Assembly (NCBI GenBank): GCA_033762295.1
Contig: JANRLW010000018.1
Coordinates: 1 to 64,000 of the forward strand
DNA from: Capsulimonadales bacterium
GTDB lineage: Bacteria > Armatimonadota > Armatimonadia > Armatimonadales > Armatimonadaceae
Length of the DNA stretch: 64,000 bases
Direction of reading: 5' to 3'
Under the pieces are notes generated by a model. It saw only the letters and a program-made list of their open reading frames with translations, ran no database searches and was not told where the DNA came from. Shown piece by piece: positions 1-8,773 of this stretch (position 1 is the stretch's first letter; every line of letters starts with the position of its first letter). The position numbers were made by a program, and so were the translations under genes.

Positions 1-246
1 GGCCCGTCCACGCTGGGCAAGATCCCAGATGGTGGGTATCAACGCCAGGATACCGATGGTCATCTGCAGGACGACCGGAGAGGATACCCAGGGTCCGAAC
101 CGAAAGAGTATCGCCGCCATTGCCAGACACCACGCCCCTCCACGGGACAGACTGACGGCCTCCGGCAACTCAAACGTATCCCCCCAGGCGATCGAGAAAG
201 TCAACGTCGCCAGGGACAGCAAGGAGTACAACATCACTCTAGACAT
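1..246 (-). CDS. N-terminal part of a membrane protein, runs off window edge; probably DUF3488/transglutaminase-like partner of DUF58
   Basis: Manual translation from ATG at 246: MSRVMLYSLLSLATLTFSIAWGDTF...LQMTIGILALIPTIWDLAQRGR, hydrophobic and open to the edge; overlaps the DUF58 stop. Product inferred from context only. Confidence 0.55.
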   Translation of the reverse strand, partial: MSRVMLYSLLSLATLTFSIAWGDTFELPEAVSLSRGGAWCLAMAAILFRFGPWVSSPVVLQMTIGILALIPTIWDLAQRGRA

Positions 247-1483
247 GCTGTTTCACACCTCTGCCGTCGTTATGCCGGATTCGCACCCGCCCGGTTCGCG
301 GCACGGCGCCATCGGAGGATGTCGTACCGCGGACCGACCGAGGACGAGTTTTCCTGACCGGACACGCATCGAACGTCTCCGTGTCCGCCGTCTCCCTATC
401 GGCGACCAGAGTCAGCGATCCCCGGTTCGAAGGAAGGGACGCGGAGGTGGTGACCACGACCGTCAGAGTTTCCAGGGAGACAGGCACGCTTTCGTTCTCG
501 ATGCCGTCGGGGCGGTCGGCCCTGATCGGCGGTGCCGGGGTCAACGGAAGACGGGCAAGGGCGTCCCGTAATGCCCGGGACGGTCCGGCATAATGGCTCG
601 TATTCCGGTCCCGGACGGTCAAGGAAATCCGCGCGCCACGACGCTCCCACTCCATCGCCAGACTTCCCGCCAGACGAATCGCCTTTTCCCGGGGCGACTC
701 CGGACCGGCATCCGCTCCGGTCAGGTCGAGAAACAGCCGAAAACTCGGAGACCGCATGGCATGACGCTCGACGACAATCAACCGTTCATGCCGAGCGGAC
801 TGCCCCCAGTGAACACGCCGCAGTGAATCCCCGCGCCGGAAGTCGCGAGTGCCCAGTAGATCCCCCTCATATCCGGCTCTTCGGCTCTCAACCGCCCCTT
901 CCTGCATCCCCTCCCGGAGAGCCTCCGGAACCTCGGGGGTCGAAACACGGCGTGGCCAGACGAGAAGTTCGCCCCGGGTTTCCAATCGGCACCGGGCATG
1001 GATCAACCCGAAAGGAAATCCGCAAATGGCCCGGGGGGGTTCCGACGGATACTGGCCTCGTAGCAGCCCGGTCAGTTCCCTGGAAAACTCCGTCTCCCCT
1101 TTCGGTACGGTGAGCGGTAGATCCGGTTCGGTTTCCCCTACGGGGTCCGTGCCGGTCGGGGCGATTCCCGCCAGACGAAGGCCCCAGACCGGCATCCAGC
1201 CGCGGTTCAGAATACGGACGTGAACATGGACCGTTTCTCCTTCCTCCCGACGGGACGCATCGAACCGAACCGTCCCGGAGAGACCACGGACAGCCAGTAT
1301 CGGATAGACAATTCCGAGTAACAGCAGCGCGGCGATGGCCAGGGATAATGCGAATCCCCGAGGATCGACGAAGGCGCCGCACAGGGTTGTGATACACAGA
1401 CCGATAATCAGAGCGCCCAGAGGGCCGGTAATCGCTTGAACGATCCGCTCAGAGGGAGCGTGTTTTAGGTAAGGGTAAGCCAT
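239..1483 (-). CDS. DUF58 family protein with N-terminal TM helices
   Basis: Motifs 'RGQY...GFPFGL', 'LLVWPR', 'GDLLGTRDFRRGDSLRRVHWGQSARHERLIVVE'. Confidence 0.85.
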   Translation of the reverse strand: MAYPYLKHAPSERIVQAITGPLGALIIGLCITTLCGAFVDPRGFALSLAIAALLLLGIVYPILAVRGLSGTVRFDASRREEGETVHVHVRILNRGWMPVWGLRLAGIAPTGTDPVGETEPDLPLTVPKGETEFSRELTGLLRGQYPSEPPRAICGFPFGLIHARCRLETRGELLVWPRRVSTPEVPEALREGMQEGAVESRRAGYEGDLLGTRDFRRGDSLRRVHWGQSARHERLIVVERHAMRSPSFRLFLDLTGADAGPESPREKAIRLAGSLAMEWERRGARISLTVRDRNTSHYAGPSRALRDALARLPLTPAPPIRADRPDGIENESVPVSLETLTVVVTTSASLPSNRGSLTLVADRETADTETFDACPVRKTRPRSVRGTTSSDGAVPRTGRVRIRHNDGRGVKQHV

Positions 1484-2360
1484 AGATTTTTAATGTCCTT
1501 ACTCCCGATGCACACGGCGCATTGATTTCGATACAGCGACGAGACCACCGGATCGCCTCTTCGCGACGATTCGTTTTGCGCAGGGCCATAATGAACTCAT
1601 TCCAGGTCTGGGAGACTTCTATATCGTCAATCAACTGTTGACGTTGGGTACGGTCCGTCCCGCCCCCCTTCGCCGCTCGGCGTTCCAGAATCTCCACTGC
1701 CTTGCGCAGGTGGACGAGGGCTTCCTCCGGTTGCCCTTTATTGGCCAGCAGATAGTGACCGTAGCTCTTCTGCAATCGGAACGATCCGGGATTGTTCGCG
1801 ATGCCCTCGGCCAGAAACTCGAGCGCCCGGTCCACATTCCGGTCCTTCGCGGCACAGAAGACCAGATAGGAGCCCATGTCGTACCCCTCAACGAAGTGCG
1901 GATCGGTCCAGGTCATCATTCGAAACAGCGGCAACGCCTCCGCGAGGTCGCGATGCCCATGGCGACGGATATCCATCCACGGTTGCGCTCCCCGTTCGAT
2001 ATCCCCCCAGAACGACCGCGGGTCATACTCCGACTCCGGCACGACGCTGGTCTCCTGGGAACCGTGATGATCTTCCAGGCTGTCCCCATGCGCGGCGACA
2101 CGTTTACCCTTCTGCACCTCCGACTCCGTCGCGGCGCGAAAGACGACTCCGCCGTGCATGTACTCGTGCGCCCTTCCGTAAAGGTATGAGGCGAGCGAGG
2201 TTCGAAACTCGCCCAGAATGGACGTCGTCGGTTTCTCCTCGTACACCTCTTCCGCTCCTTCCGTATCGGGTTGCCTGAGCATTTCGGGCAGGGCGGCGCG
2301 GAGTAAAAAACCGTTCAGAGCCAATAAGGCGACAGCCGGTATGGCGAAATAAAGTTTCAT
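1449..2360 (-). CDS. Membrane-anchored His-rich TPR-like protein (paralog of 7035..7988)
   Basis: N-terminal hydrophobic helix; 'HEYMHGG', 'HGDSLEDHH', 'RHGHRD'; 'DPHFVEGY'; 'ALEFLAEGIANNP' TPR-like helices. Confidence 0.75.
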   Translation of the reverse strand: MKLYFAIPAVALLALNGFLLRAALPEMLRQPDTEGAEEVYEEKPTTSILGEFRTSLASYLYGRAHEYMHGGVVFRAATESEVQKGKRVAAHGDSLEDHHGSQETSVVPESEYDPRSFWGDIERGAQPWMDIRRHGHRDLAEALPLFRMMTWTDPHFVEGYDMGSYLVFCAAKDRNVDRALEFLAEGIANNPGSFRLQKSYGHYLLANKGQPEEALVHLRKAVEILERRAAKGGGTDRTQRQQLIDDIEVSQTWNEFIMALRKTNRREEAIRWSRRCIEINAPCASGVRTLKIYGLPLPKTRSL

Positions 2361-2381
2361 GGATTCGTTGTCTCCGTTTTG

Positions 2382-3161
2382 CTAAAGAGCCATCTTCTCG
2401 AACCGATTGAGAGCCAACTTCAGCCAGAAGGCGCTAATGGCAATACCGTAGACGGTCAGAGCCAGCGGAATCCACCAGGCGATCGGGTCCCAGCCGTAAA
2501 CGACCTTCCGAGCAATATCGAAGAGCGTAAAGTGTGGCAGGAAGCCGTAAAGGATCGCGATCAGCCAGTTGAGAATCGGAACTCCGTCGCCGTAGGCCAG
2601 AAGAAACGATCGGGTGAACGCGCCCGATCCCAGAGCCAGCAACAACCCGAGCGTGAACGCTGCGGACGACGACACATAAACGGAAAGACAGATGCAAATG
2701 GCGGATAACCAGAGAAAGGACACGGCTTTCAGCCAGATATACTGGATCAGAATGACCTTGAGGGGCAGGCGGAGTAACGTCAGCACCAGCAGTGAGACTC
2801 CGAGCAAGAGGGCGAAGGAGGCCAGGGTGAGCACCCAGGACGCGACGAACTTGCCGGTCAGCAGTTGGGCGCGGGAGATGGGACGGGCAAGAAGCGGATA
2901 GATCGTCCGACGGGAAATCTCTTCCGGAATCTGGCGGGTCGCGATGGTCACCCCCAGGATCGTGGAAAAAAGCCCGACGGCGGTAAACGCCATATCCTTG
3001 ACAAAAATCTCGAGGCCGCTGACACCGAAGAAGGTAAAGGAGTACGCTCCCACCACCATCAGCACCGTCAGAATGACCAGGACATAGAGTTCCTTGCGGC
3101 GTACCATTTCCAGAAAACTGCCACGGATCAGGGTGCGCCAGACACGTAACGTAGGCGTCAT
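2382..3161 (-). CDS. ABC-2 type transporter permease (PilI/NosY-like)
   Basis: About 6 TM helices; 'IPEEISRRTIYPLLARPISRAQLLTGKF' signature. Confidence 0.88.
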   Translation of the reverse strand: MTPTLRVWRTLIRGSFLEMVRRKELYVLVILTVLMVVGAYSFTFFGVSGLEIFVKDMAFTAVGLFSTILGVTIATRQIPEEISRRTIYPLLARPISRAQLLTGKFVASWVLTLASFALLLGVSLLVLTLLRLPLKVILIQYIWLKAVSFLWLSAICICLSVYVSSSAAFTLGLLLALGSGAFTRSFLLAYGDGVPILNWLIAILYGFLPHFTLFDIARKVVYGWDPIAWWIPLALTVYGIAISAFWLKLALNRFEKMAL

Positions 3162-3982
3162 ACTACCGCCTCCTTTCTTTCGGTCTCCGTCCGAGTATCC
3201 TCCGAGGTGTCATTGTTACGATTCGATTCCGGCGCGGTCCGATGGAGCGAATCGCCTCCGGTTTCGACCAGAGTTACAAAGTAGTCCTCAAGCGAGGAGA
3301 CTTGTTTCACCAGGTCCGACACGCGGTGCTCGGCGATGAGTTTTCCCTTGTTCAGCACGATCACCCGGTCGCAGACGGTTTCCACTTCGGATAACTGGTG
3401 TGACGAGAAAAAGATCGTGGTCCCCCGGTCGCGCTCCTCATTCAAAATAACCCGGAGGTCCCGTCGTCCGATGGGGTCGAGACCCGACGAAACCTCATCG
3501 AGAATCAACAGGCGCGGGGTTGCCAGCAACGCCTGAGCGATACCCACACGCTGTTGCATTCCCTTGGATAAAGTCCGATTGAGAACATGCTCCTTGCCGC
3601 TCAGTCCGACGCGAATCAGCAGTTCGCCGATCCGATCCTTCAGAGCGTTGCCTTCCATTCCGTGGAGTTCGCCGTAGAAGGTCAGGGTTTCAAACGGGGT
3701 GAGATAGGGCGAGTAGAGAGCCGTCTCCGGCAAAAAACCGACCCGGCTCCGGGCATCCGCCTCCTGCACAGGAACATCAAACAGGGTGGCCTGTCCGGAG
3801 ACAGCGGTTTGAAAGCCCATCAGCGCCTTGATCGTGGATGTCTTCCCGGCCCCGTTCACTCCGAGGAATCCGACAATTTCCCCGGGACGAACATGGAACG
3901 ACACTCCGTCCACGGCGCGGAACGTCTCGCTCCGCGTCGTCGGGTAGGTGACGGTCAGGTTTTCGACTGCGATGGCGTACAT
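3158..3982 (-). CDS. ABC transporter ATP-binding protein
   Basis: Walker A GVNGAGKTS, signature LSKGMQQR, Walker B LILDE, H-loop SSH. Confidence 0.95.
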   Translation of the reverse strand: MYAIAVENLTVTYPTTRSETFRAVDGVSFHVRPGEIVGFLGVNGAGKTSTIKALMGFQTAVSGQATLFDVPVQEADARSRVGFLPETALYSPYLTPFETLTFYGELHGMEGNALKDRIGELLIRVGLSGKEHVLNRTLSKGMQQRVGIAQALLATPRLLILDEVSSGLDPIGRRDLRVILNEERDRGTTIFFSSHQLSEVETVCDRVIVLNKGKLIAEHRVSDLVKQVSSLEDYFVTLVETGGDSLHRTAPESNRNNDTSEDTRTETERKEAVV

Positions 3983-4357
3983 AAAAAATACAAAACCTCC
4001 CCGTTCGGCCGACCCGGCTTATTCGGGGCAAATCGGCTCCGGAACGTCGTAACGATGGAATAGTCGATGGATGACAAACGAACTTCGCGTTTTACCGGCA
4101 GCCGGCGGCGCCAAGGGTCTTCCCGGTCGAAATTTCGACCCGAACGTAACCGGTTCGTCCGAACGGTTCGTTACGGACGGTTCGTTACGGACGGACAACG
4201 CGATTTCGATACGGTGAGACGACTGGAGGCGTGTTTTACCGGGAACTCAGGTAGAGAGAGGCTTCGCCCGGTGCGGATGGCGAACAGGGTTCGACGTTAC
4301 AGAGGCGAACGATCAGGGTTCGGCTACCTGCCCGCATCCGGCAAAGCGAACGAGTAT

Positions 4358-4729
4358 TCAGGCGAGGGGTGGCGCGCGTGCGGAAGTGTTCAGGAAGAGA
4401 ACGGACGGAGCGTCGGCGTGCGGCAGACACCAGTGCAGAACGAAAGTCTGTGTGATCGGGGGTTGCGGACGACCGGGCGACTCCATAGAGGCATTCAGGA
4501 GCAAGAGTTCGCAGAATGGGCACGAATCGGACGCGCCTTCCGCTGTTCCGCCTACCGACAGGGACGTACCGTCTGCCGATTCACCGGAAACGCAGGTGAC
4601 TGCGGCAACCGGATGCTCATGGGCTCGGTAGTGCAGCGTTTCTCCTACGGTGTGCAGAAAAAACAACACAAAGCCAAGCAAAAGTGCCGCTCGCTCCCGT
4701 ATTCGATTGTCACGAAAGTACCTGTTCAC
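4358..4729 (-). CDS. DUF2946/CruR-like leader protein (TM-His, CxxC, C-terminal RAPP)
   Basis: 'AALLLGFVLFFLHTVGETLHYRAHEH', 'CPFC', ends 'SARAPPLA*'; GTG at 4729 follows GGAG (alternative TTG at 4750). Confidence 0.75.
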   Translation of the reverse strand: MNRYFRDNRIRERAALLLGFVLFFLHTVGETLHYRAHEHPVAAVTCVSGESADGTSLSVGGTAEGASDSCPFCELLLLNASMESPGRPQPPITQTFVLHWCLPHADAPSVLFLNTSARAPPLA

Positions 4730-4745
4730 TATCGCCCGACTCCAC

Positions 4746-4791
4746 TGCAACTATTGCAACTATTGCAATTCACCATGGTATTATTCCATGG
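4746..4791. promoter_or_regulatory. Putative metalloregulator operator in promoter region: (TGCAACTAT)x2 + TGCAATT and CCATGG-N7-CCATGG
   Basis: TTGCAA-CTA-TTGCAA palindrome at 4754-4768 in an AT-rich intergenic region just upstream of the leader ORF. Confidence 0.5.
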
Positions 4792-4886
4792 ATTTCCGTT
4801 TATTTCCAATATTTTTCGTCACTTTATCCATTTATTCCGGCCGCTCCCCGATCGGCCCGGAGGACTACAGGGAGCGGCCAGGATCG

Positions 4887-6194
4887 TCAACCGCGGACGC
4901 AGTAGAGGTGGATGCCGGTCCGCAGGAACAATGTGCCTTCGACCGCGGCCGCTCCGTAGAGAACCGGATCGATGTTTCCCATCGCCGCCCCGCGTGATCC
5001 TGCCGGACGATTTTTCGGTGTATAGTCCTCGGACGGCGAGAGATTCTCGTCGGGAGACCAGAGCGTATTCTCGCCGATTTTTTCAAATTTCGGGCCGGTT
5101 CTGATCTGCGAGACGACCCCGTTCTTCCCGAAGAAATAGACCCGGTCGCCTACCCCGATCGGAGATCCCCAGCAGATTCCGCCGATCCGTTCCGCATACC
5201 GCTCCTCGCCGGTCATCGCATCCAGACAGTAAAGAATACCGGCGGCGGTGACATAGTAGGCGTGTCCCCGGAAGACGAACGGACTCATAAAGTCGGTCGT
5301 CGCCTTTTTGGCTTCCCAGAGCGGAACGATCTCCGGACGATCCTTCTCCGTCGTGAACCGGAAACAGGCGTTGGATCCCTGCGGCGTACGTCCTCCCGGT
5401 CTCGCCAGATCGCGCTGCGCCGTGGTCGCGCCGATATACAGGCGATCCTCATCCACGAACGGAGAGGACATGATATTTCCCGTGTAGCCCGGAAGGCGCT
5501 TCCATAACGTGCCGGTGACGGCATCGTAGGCGTCCACGGCACCGTTGGAACTCACAATCACGAGTTCCCGTCCGCCCATTTCGACGCAGATCGGACTCGT
5601 CCAGCTTTTGCGCGGCTCCCGATCGGTTTTCCAGCGGGTCTTTCCGGTTCGTCGGTCCAGAGCCAGCAGGTACGACGGCCCCTGATGATCGACCAGTACG
5701 ACGACGGCATCGCGGGTCAGGGTCGGAGAACCGCCCAGACCGTACTCGTTGACCAATGGTCCGTATTCCCGTACCAGCGAGCGCTTCCAGGCGATACGGC
5801 CATCTTTGGGCGAAAGGCGCACAATGTCGCCGCTCTCAAACGAGCAGTAGAGTCCGTCCTGATCCAGGCAGGGAGTCGGTGCGGCCCGGCTCACCAGGTA
5901 ATGGCTCTCGGTCGGAAACGTGGAAGCGATCTGCTGGCTCCAGAGCAACCGCCCGTCGCGCGCCGAAAAGGCAAGCGCCAGACAGTCCTCCCGTTGCGCT
6001 CCGCGGACGGCGCTGACGAACACACGGTCGCGCCAGACAACCGGGCAGGATTGGCCGTAACCGGGAAGGCTGACCCGCCACGCAATGCCCCGGGTCGGCG
6101 ACCATCGCTCGGGCAATCGCTTCAGATCGGCATGACCGACTCCGCCGTTGCGGAACGCCGTCCAGCGATCGCCCGGCAGTTTGCGCAGCGTCAC
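4887..6194 (-). CDS. PQQ-like/BamB-like beta-propeller protein
   Basis: Repeated 'ALD..TGK..WK', 'GYGQSCPVVWRDRVFV', 'SSPFV', ends 'LFLRTGIHLYCV'. Confidence 0.85.
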   Translation of the reverse strand: MTLRKLPGDRWTAFRNGGVGHADLKRLPERWSPTRGIAWRVSLPGYGQSCPVVWRDRVFVSAVRGAQREDCLALAFSARDGRLLWSQQIASTFPTESHYLVSRAAPTPCLDQDGLYCSFESGDIVRLSPKDGRIAWKRSLVREYGPLVNEYGLGGSPTLTRDAVVVLVDHQGPSYLLALDRRTGKTRWKTDREPRKSWTSPICVEMGGRELVIVSSNGAVDAYDAVTGTLWKRLPGYTGNIMSSPFVDEDRLYIGATTAQRDLARPGGRTPQGSNACFRFTTEKDRPEIVPLWEAKKATTDFMSPFVFRGHAYYVTAAGILYCLDAMTGEERYAERIGGICWGSPIGVGDRVYFFGKNGVVSQIRTGPKFEKIGENTLWSPDENLSPSEDYTPKNRPAGSRGAAMGNIDPVLYGAAAVEGTLFLRTGIHLYCVRG

Positions 6195-7007
6195 CTACGG
6201 CCGTCCTTTCCCGTTGTAGAACGTGTCGTCGATGACGCCCGTTCCGGCAAGAAAACCAAGCCGGGCGTTCCGAATCACCGCGGCATTGGCGATACCGGTG
6301 GGCGTCCTTACCGAAAACGTCTTGACATGACCGTCCGCAAAGGCGACGTTGGCCTTTTCCAGGTGCCGGGCATGGACCGTCGGAGTGGCTCCGCCCCGGC
6401 TGGAAGGCGGCCAGGCCCAGGGATGGAGAGTGGGACGATTTTCGACCGTGTTCCAGAGGGCGTTGTTGCAGAAAACCAGCATATCCGCCGGCGTCTCGAT
6501 GGCGGCCAGAGCGGCGGGGTTCTGCGTCCATCCCGGTTGCGGTCCGCCCGGGTGGGCGAAGGTTCCGTACCCTCCCAGATAGCAGACATTGTAACCGTAA
6601 TGCACCTTACCCCAGAGGTTGCTGAAGGGCAATCCGGAGGCCGCCGGGTCACCGAGAAGGGACGCATTCTTCAGGTAAGGCCAGAGCAGACCATGCTGTT
6701 CCCCGAGGTCGGGCGCGGAACCGAAGGTCGTGCCCGAACGGACGGCCGCATACCAGTAGACCACACGGGAACCCGCGGTCAGGGACGTTTGCAGTCCGGT
6801 CGGAAGCACCGTTTCATCATAGTCCTGCGCGTACATGAGCCATCCCAGAGCGATCTGCTTCAGGTTGGACAGGTCAGAGGTCTGTCGGGCTTTGGCGCGG
6901 GCCTGAGCGAAGACCGGGAAAAGGATCGCGGCCAGTATCGCGATGATTGCGATGACGACGAGCAACTCGATGAGCGTAAAGCCCCTGCGGGCCGGTGTAT
7001 AAGACAT
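6195..7007 (-). CDS. Prepilin-type N-terminal cleavage/methylation protein, DUF1559-like, with H-X9-DG motif
   Basis: [29 protein letters not shown]; '[15 protein letters not shown]'. Confidence 0.92.
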   Translation of the reverse strand: MSYTPARRGFTLIELLVVIAIIAILAAILFPVFAQARAKARQTSDLSNLKQIALGWLMYAQDYDETVLPTGLQTSLTAGSRVVYWYAAVRSGTTFGSAPDLGEQHGLLWPYLKNASLLGDPAASGLPFSNLWGKVHYGYNVCYLGGYGTFAHPGGPQPGWTQNPAALAAIETPADMLVFCNNALWNTVENRPTLHPWAWPPSSRGGATPTVHARHLEKANVAFADGHVKTFSVRTPTGIANAAVIRNARLGFLAGTGVIDDTFYNGKGRP

Positions 7008-7034
7008 TTTTCGATCCTTTCGGAAGAAGACGGA

Positions 7035-7988
7035 TTAATCGGTTCCATTTTGCGTTTTGAGGAGAGTCACGCCGCTCGTTCCTTTCGGTAGCGGTTCGCC
7101 GACGGACTCCAAATACTTTCGGCACGTGACGTCCTCAGGGAAGTCGGTTAGGCCTTCCAATGCCGCTTGCCGGGCTTTGTACGGTTGTTTCATCTCCCGG
7201 TAGCCAATGACGCGGCGGCGGACGCACTCCTGCCACGCCTCCCGTTCATCGGCAATGAGCGTCTCCGGGTCCCGTGCCCTGGCGATGTGGATGCCTCGCT
7301 CCGCATGACGAACGGCCTCCGCATAGTTATCTTTGCCGTTGAAGTAACTGGCACGCATGTAAAGGTAAGAAAAGGTACTTTGAATCTCGATGCTCTCCGG
7401 GTTGTTGATTTCGCCTTCTCGAATGAATCGGATGGCTTCGTCAAACGCCTTTTCCTGATGGGCAATCATCATGGCTCCGACGGCATAGCCCGGGATGAAG
7501 TGCGGATTGCTCCACGTCATCAGGCGAAACAGGGGAAGGGCCTCTTTCGGGTCTCGATGAGAATGGTTTCGCATATCCAGGTACGGCTTCACGTCCCGCT
7601 CGATATCTCCCAGAACTCCGCGCCAGTCATTTTCTTTGGCAAGTACGATGGTTGTTTCCGTCGCGTGCTGGCGATGGCCTTTCTCCGATTCGTCGCCGGC
7701 ATGACCGATACGTTGCGTCTGTTGATGACGCTTTTCTTCCTCGGTAAGCCCACGCAAATCCACACCGCTATGGAGGTATTTGTCGACCTTCATCCAGAGG
7801 AAGTCCGCCATATTGGAACGGAACTGCCCGAACAAGGAGGCGGCAGCGACCTCCTCCAACTTGGTCTGCTGGGCCTTCGTCATACCGACAGGCGCCGCGA
7901 GGTCCGGTTTGACGATCTGAGCCAGCCGGTGGTTTAACAGAAGACCACCGGTAATCAGCAAAGGGAGGACCACCACAAACATCCTCAT
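7035..7988 (-). CDS. Membrane-anchored His-rich TPR-like protein (paralog of 1449..2360)
   Basis: Start MRMFVVVLPLL, ATG overlapping the permease stop (ATGA); 'YLHSGV', 'GHRQH', 'NHSHRDPKEALPLFRLMTWSNPHF'. Confidence 0.75.
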   Translation of the reverse strand: MRMFVVVLPLLITGGLLLNHRLAQIVKPDLAAPVGMTKAQQTKLEEVAAASLFGQFRSNMADFLWMKVDKYLHSGVDLRGLTEEEKRHQQTQRIGHAGDESEKGHRQHATETTIVLAKENDWRGVLGDIERDVKPYLDMRNHSHRDPKEALPLFRLMTWSNPHFIPGYAVGAMMIAHQEKAFDEAIRFIREGEINNPESIEIQSTFSYLYMRASYFNGKDNYAEAVRHAERGIHIARARDPETLIADEREAWQECVRRRVIGYREMKQPYKARQAALEGLTDFPEDVTCRKYLESVGEPLPKGTSGVTLLKTQNGTD

Positions 7989-8773
7989 AGTGCTTGCCTC
8001 CGAAATCGTATTGCGCCGACCATCAGAAAAATCGCGCTGTGAACGACGGCATAGATCAGGAGCAGCAGGACGGTGGTACCGGAAATCGGTTTCCATCCGT
8101 AACTGACCTTTTTCGAAAGGTCGAACAGGTCCAGTTGCGGCAAGGTGAAGTAGGCGACTTCCAGTCCCTTCCGGACCGCACTGCCAACCGAACCGTGCAA
8201 CATCGTTACGGCGGTGGAGAAGGTTGAGGAACCGATGGCGAGAAGCAAAGCCATCGTGGCGGTCGCCTGCGGCGTGAGAAAAAGCGAGAGGGCGATTGTC
8301 AGCGCGCAGATAATAGCGAGCGAGAAGAACCGCAAGAGCAGGTACTGCCAGAAAATGGCTCCGACGCCAAGGCCAAAATACAGTAAGGCTCCCCATCCGA
8401 TCACGGTAAATGTTAGGAGGGATATCGTGGAAAGAGTTAATGCCCCCAGGAACTTACCGAAAATAAGGTCGAACCGGGTCACCGGGCGAGCCAGTAACGG
8501 ATATATGGTGCGGCGGGAGATCTCCTCGGGCATCTGCCGTGCCGCGAAGAGAACGGCAAGAATTACCGAGAGAATGTTAACAACGGTCAGGGTGACGTCT
8601 TTGAGAAACATCTCCAGGCCACGAACGCCGAAGTGACCGATGACCGATGCCGCGCCAATCATCACTACCGCCAGGATAGCGGCGACCCACAGGTCCTTGC
8701 GTCGGATGGATTCCAGAACCGCCGTATAGGCCAGTGCCCCCCAGACGGTAAGTTTGAAAAGAAAAATGTTCAC
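7985..8773 (-). CDS. ABC-2 type transporter permease
   Basis: Multi-TM; 'MPEEISRRTIYPLLARPVTRFDLIFGKF'. Confidence 0.88.
   Translation of the reverse strand: MNIFLFKLTVWGALAYTAVLESIRRKDLWVAAILAVVMIGAASVIGHFGVRGLEMFLKDVTLTVVNILSVILAVLFAARQMPEEISRRTIYPLLARPVTRFDLIFGKFLGALTLSTISLLTFTVIGWGALLYFGLGVGAIFWQYLLLRFFSLAIICALTIALSLFLTPQATATMALLLAIGSSTFSTAVTMLHGSVGSAVRKGLEVAYFTLPQLDLFDLSKKVSYGWKPISGTTVLLLLIYAVVHSAIFLMVGAIRFRRQAL

Noticed and set aside
3983..4357. Known riboswitch (cobalamin, NiCo, yybP) in the long spacers behind the leader ORFs
   Set aside because: I could not recognise consensus motifs by eye; an Rfam/Infernal scan is needed to exclude this formally.
4067..5104. 345-aa plus-strand ORF
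   Set aside because: Spans a promoter, the leader ORF and the propeller end on the opposite strand; no family motifs.
4887..6194. True PQQ dehydrogenase or BamB ortholog
   Set aside because: Only generic propeller repeats; no lipobox or recognisable catalytic motifs.
7989..8396. N-terminal extension of ORF 7035..8396
   Set aside because: Lies inside the permease gene; ATGA coupling at 7985-7988 gives a start with a TM anchor matching the paralog.
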